From the NCBI GenBank assembly GCA_963665095.1, contig OY762069.1, positions 3,936,001 to 4,000,000 of the forward strand: a stretch of 64,000 bases of DNA, read 5' to 3'. The notes under the pieces are model-generated. The model did no database searches and was not told the origin of the DNA. It saw nothing but the letters and a program-made list of their open reading frames with translations. Source of the DNA: an uncultured Desulfobacter sp. GTDB taxonomy: Bacteria > Desulfobacterota > Desulfobacteria > Desulfobacterales > Desulfobacteraceae. Made by a program: the position numbers and the translations under genes. This document shows, one piece after another, positions 60,560 to 64,000 of the stretch (position 1 is the first letter of the stretch; each line of letters begins with the position of its first letter).

Positions 60560-61807
60560 TTAGGAAATCCCGGCCCGGCTGTCCAGCATGGAGAGAATTA
60601 GAGCCGGATCCGGGTTCACCGGTTCAGGCATCTGCGCGACCCTGAACACCGCATCAATATCCTTCAGTCCGCTGCCGGTGACAATCACTGCCACCTTGGC
60701 ATCTTTTTTCAGCCAGCCGTCCCGGACCAGCTTTTTCACCCCGGCCAGAGCCGCCGCCCCGGACGGCTCGGCAAACACTCCCTGGGTGCGGGCCAGCAGT
60801 GACAGGCTTTCCAGAATTTTTTCATCAGGCACGGTGACAAAGGTGCCTTTTGAGGCTGCGGCAGCATTTAAAGCGGCCCGGCCATCTGCCGGATAGTCGG
60901 CACAGATGGAGTCTGCAATGCTGTCAGCCTTAACCCGGACAATTTCACCATTGCCGTGAAAAGCCCGGGCAATGGCATTGCTTTTCTCCGACTGCACCCC
61001 GATGATTTTGGGTATTTTTGAAATCAGACCGACCCGGTGCAGATCCAAAAAACCCTTGTACACCCCGGAAATGATATTGCCGTCCCCTGCGGATACGGCC
61101 ACAGCGTCGGGAAGCGTGTGGCCCAGCTGTTCCCAGATTTCATAAGAGACTGTTTTTTTCCCCTCCCGGGTAAAGGGATTGGTGCCGGTATTCCGGTTGA
61201 ACCACCCCATTTTTTCACACACGGTTTCGCACAGCTCAAAGGCCTGGGTATAGGACCCCTTCACCGGAATTACCCGGGCACCGTAGACCACCAGCTGGGC
61301 AATCTTTGCCCTGGGTGCGGTGTGGGGCACAAAGATAATAGCCCGGATACCGGCAGATGCTGCCAGGCAGGCCATGGAGGTGCCGGCATTTCCTGTGGAG
61401 GCCCCTGCCACCACCTGAAGATTCTCTTCCCGGCATCTTGCAAGCACCATCATGCTTGCCCGGTCCTTAAATGACCCGGAGGGATTGAGGGTGTCGTTTT
61501 TAAGCCACAGATCCGGCAGTCCGATGGTAGCGCCCAGCCGGTCCGCCTTGATCAGCGGGGTCATGCCAATGGGAAAAGAGCAGGGATTTTTATCCAGACT
61601 ATTGGGGAAAAACGGCGCATAGCGCCAAATACCTGTTTCAAAAGTTTCCGCAAGAGGGTTCTCTGCCAGGCAGGCGGCCATGGCAGAATAGTCATAACAG
61701 GCATCCAGGTTTCCCCGGCACCGGGGACATATACACTGTCCTTCATTCCTGCCCACAAGGGTTCCGCAGGAGACACAGGAAAACCCCGTTAAAAAATTTT
61801 CAGCCAT
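60560..61807 (-). CDS. Threonine synthase-like PLP enzyme with N-terminal Zn ribbon
   Basis: CVSC..CPRC, NPSGSFKDRA, ASTGNAG, EGKKT, TGSGLKD. Confidence 0.85.
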   Translation of the reverse strand: MAENFLTGFSCVSCGTLVGRNEGQCICPRCRGNLDACYDYSAMAACLAENPLAETFETGIWRYAPFFPNSLDKNPCSFPIGMTPLIKADRLGATIGLPDLWLKNDTLNPSGSFKDRASMMVLARCREENLQVVAGASTGNAGTSMACLAASAGIRAIIFVPHTAPRAKIAQLVVYGARVIPVKGSYTQAFELCETVCEKMGWFNRNTGTNPFTREGKKTVSYEIWEQLGHTLPDAVAVSAGDGNIISGVYKGFLDLHRVGLISKIPKIIGVQSEKSNAIARAFHGNGEIVRVKADSIADSICADYPADGRAALNAAAASKGTFVTVPDEKILESLSLLARTQGVFAEPSGAAALAGVKKLVRDGWLKKDAKVAVIVTGSGLKDIDAVFRVAQMPEPVNPDPALILSMLDSRAGIS

Positions 61808-62052
61808 AGGTCCTCTTTTGGGCGGGCGTATCAAGCACGCCACTGGGTTGTATCGTGTCCGTATTCAATAAGCCCATCCGTCCGGCAAGTCAAGTCTGCC
61901 CCTGGATCCCAACACCACGGCGTCATTGTTAAAATATTCAGGCTCTTCAAGCGCCCTCTTCCCCTGATCGCCATCAAAGAACCGGGTGTAATGCGGCAGA
62001 AAGCCACGGGTCCGGCATAAAACAGACAAGGATGATGACAGGAAAAAAGCGC

Positions 62053-62138
62053 TTGACAGATTTCATCTTCGTCCTTATTATACTCGAAAGTCATTTTTCT
62101 GACTGTCTGGTCATTTTTTTGTTCATGACAGTCAGAAA
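62053..62138 (+). promoter_or_regulatory. Sigma70-like promoter with TetR-type operator
   Basis: TTGACA-N17-TATTAT; TGAC-N6-GTCA at 62100-62113 and tttctgactgtc/gacagtcagaaa inverted repeat. Confidence 0.55.
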
Positions 62139-62325
62139 TTATTATTTTGGGCCTGCCACCCCGACAAAGGCAGTTCAGACCCCCAATGCATCCATATGAC
62201 GGATACCGCTGGTGTGTATAGCTATGCTGCGAGTTTTTTGCTGCCATGGTGGTGGCCGGTCTGTTGTCATTTTTGTATCGGGTGTTACGGCACTTACAGG
62301 CAAAAGGTATGTAAAAAATTAAAAA

Positions 62326-62928
62326 ATGAAACCGCTTTCCAAAAGAAAAGAGATGATGGACCGCCTGATCAAGGACCAGGTGGTCAAAACTGTCATGAAG
62401 CTGATCCAGGAGGGCCACCCCATCACCATGGATGAGGTGGCCTTACAGTGCGGTGTATCCAAAGGCACCTTATATAACTACTTTAAAAATAAAAAAGATC
62501 TGCTGAATTTTGTACATGAGGCCGTTATCCAGCCGGTAAAAAACGGATCAATCACTATATTTGACACGTCTGTTCCCCCGATGGACAGAATAGTTATATT
62601 TGTGGACAATGTATTCAACTTTCACAAGGAATACCCCCTCTACTTTAAATTTGTCTTAAGTCAGCGATCTGCCCTTGATGCCGTTACGGAACGGATGTCC
62701 TTAACCATCATGCCCCTGGTTGATCTTTACAAGGAGGGTATTCGCGCAGGGCAGTTTGTGGATACAGACCCTTACGTGATGGCGGCCATGATCTTTGGTA
62801 CTGTGGTGGGTCCTCTGGAATCCTGGGATTTTCGCGACACACCGGTAAAAAACATTGAAACACTTAAACAGGATATTATTGCCTGTTTGAACAGAAGTAT
62901 ATTAAAGCAACAGGAGAAACCATTATGA
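62326..62928 (+). CDS. TetR/AcrR family regulator
   Basis: TMDEVALQCGVSKGTLYNYFKNKKDL. Confidence 0.92.
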   Translation: MKPLSKRKEMMDRLIKDQVVKTVMKLIQEGHPITMDEVALQCGVSKGTLYNYFKNKKDLLNFVHEAVIQPVKNGSITIFDTSVPPMDRIVIFVDNVFNFHKEYPLYFKFVLSQRSALDAVTERMSLTIMPLVDLYKEGIRAGQFVDTDPYVMAAMIFGTVVGPLESWDFRDTPVKNIETLKQDIIACLNRSILKQQEKPL

Positions 62929-64000
62929 AGCGTTTTATGCTTGGATTTGTCACGGCCGTACTCATCGGCGGTGGTTACTTGTTTTACACAGACCAGCTTA
63001 AGCTGCCCTTTGCAGCAGACAAGCAAGAGGGTCCCCCAGCTGCTGCTGCACAAGCCCATGCACAAGCGAACCTGCCTCCGGTGGAGGTGACAGTTTATAC
63101 GGTAAAGCCCCAGCAGGTTGTATTTACCAAGGACCTTGCCGGGCGGACCACCGCTTATCAGGTGGCTGAAATCCGGCCCCAGGTCACAGGCATTATTCTA
63201 AAACGGATGTTTACCCAGGGCAGTGTGGTCAAAAAAGGCCAGCAGCTCTACCAGATTGACCCCTCCACCTACCAGGCGGCCTATGATTCCGCTGCAGCCA
63301 ACCTGGCCAAGGCCCAGGCAGATGTTAAAGCGGTTGAACCCAAACTTGAACGTTATTCCCGTCTGGTGAAGGTGGGCGGTGTTAGCCGTCAGACCTACGA
63401 TGATACTGTGGCCTCCCTGGCCCAGGCCAAGGCGTTGGAGGGTGTGGCCCGGGCCAATCTTTCTGCTGCAAAAATCAACCTGGATTACACCAAGGTGTTC
63501 TCGCCTATTTCCGGCCGGATCGGTAAATCCTCTGTGACTGAAGGTGCCCTTGTGACGGCCAACCAGATGACAGCCCTGGCGGTTGTCCAGAATCTGGAGC
63601 AGATTTATGTGGATGTCAACCAGTCCAGTGAAGAGCTCATGGCATTGAAAAAAGGGATGACAAACCGTGAAAAAGACTCCATGGTCCGCCTGTTTGTGGG
63701 CAAAGAGGGGCTTCCCTATGACCATGAAGGCAAGCTGCTCTTCTCCGATGCCAGTGTGGATCAAAGTACAGGCATGGTCCAGTTGCGGATTTTATTTCCC
63801 AACCCTGATACGGATTTGCTGCCAGGCCTTTTTGTCCGGGCCCGGGTGGAACAGTCCCGTCAGGACCAGGCCATTGTGATCCCTCAGCAGTGTGTAACCC
63901 GTAATGCTGACACCTCAACCTCCGTGTGGGTGGTGGACAGTGCCAATACCGTCATGCCCCGGAAGGTGACTGTTCTTCGGGCAGTCAAAGACCAGTGGGT
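62925..64000 (+). CDS. acrA: RND efflux periplasmic adaptor (AcrA/MexA-like), runs off the window edge
   Basis: Manual translation from ATG 62925: GRTTAYQVAEIRPQVTGII, GQQLYQIDP, INLDYTKVFSPISGRIGKS.VTEGALV, LLPGLFVRARV. Confidence 0.9.
   Translation, partial: MKRFMLGFVTAVLIGGGYLFYTDQLKLPFAADKQEGPPAAAAQAHAQANLPPVEVTVYTVKPQQVVFTKDLAGRTTAYQVAEIRPQVTGIILKRMFTQGSVVKKGQQLYQIDPSTYQAAYDSAAANLAKAQADVKAVEPKLERYSRLVKVGGVSRQTYDDTVASLAQAKALEGVARANLSAAKINLDYTKVFSPISGRIGKSSVTEGALVTANQMTALAVVQNLEQIYVDVNQSSEELMALKKGMTNREKDSMVRLFVGKEGLPYDHEGKLLFSDASVDQSTGMVQLRILFPNPDTDLLPGLFVRARVEQSRQDQAIVIPQQCVTRNADTSTSVWVVDSANTVMPRKVTVLRAVKDQW

Noticed and set aside
61810..62040. Leader of the thrC-like gene as a riboswitch or attenuator
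   Set aside because: No recognisable aptamer, T-box or Thr-rich leader peptide seen; an Rfam scan would be needed to exclude it fully

Overview
64 kb of chromosomal sequence from what looks like a sulfate-reducing Desulfobacterales/Desulfobacteraceae-type bacterium. That assignment is inferred from gene content and style, not from a database search. In order, the window holds: an amino-acid semialdehyde dehydrogenase pair (pruA, ALDH7/amaB-like) with a divergent LysR; an FeS-LuxR regulator; a decayed IS1634/IS256 nest; ahpCF; dmpA; modF-like; zupT; a CoA-transferase with two-component system and TRAP transporter; a triheme c7-type cytochrome; a liv-type ABC operon; a LexA-headed mutagenesis cassette (lexA-DUF72-imuB-dnaE2, no imuA); sigma54-preceded amtB; a four-gene signalling unit (exported DUF4384-like protein, CHASE2 adenylate cyclase, GAF/HD-GYP, exported caspase-family protease); two pseudogene remnants; an acyl-CoA ligase/TetR/carboxyltransferase unit; a co-oriented cluster of four PLP enzymes, a YgeY-like hydrolase and a TRAP transporter; and a TetR-AcrA efflux start. 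No rRNA, tRNA or CRISPR array was found. The best candidates for an undescribed system are the caspase/CHASE2/HD-GYP unit, the DUF72 mutasome variant and the PLP/YgeY catabolic cluster.
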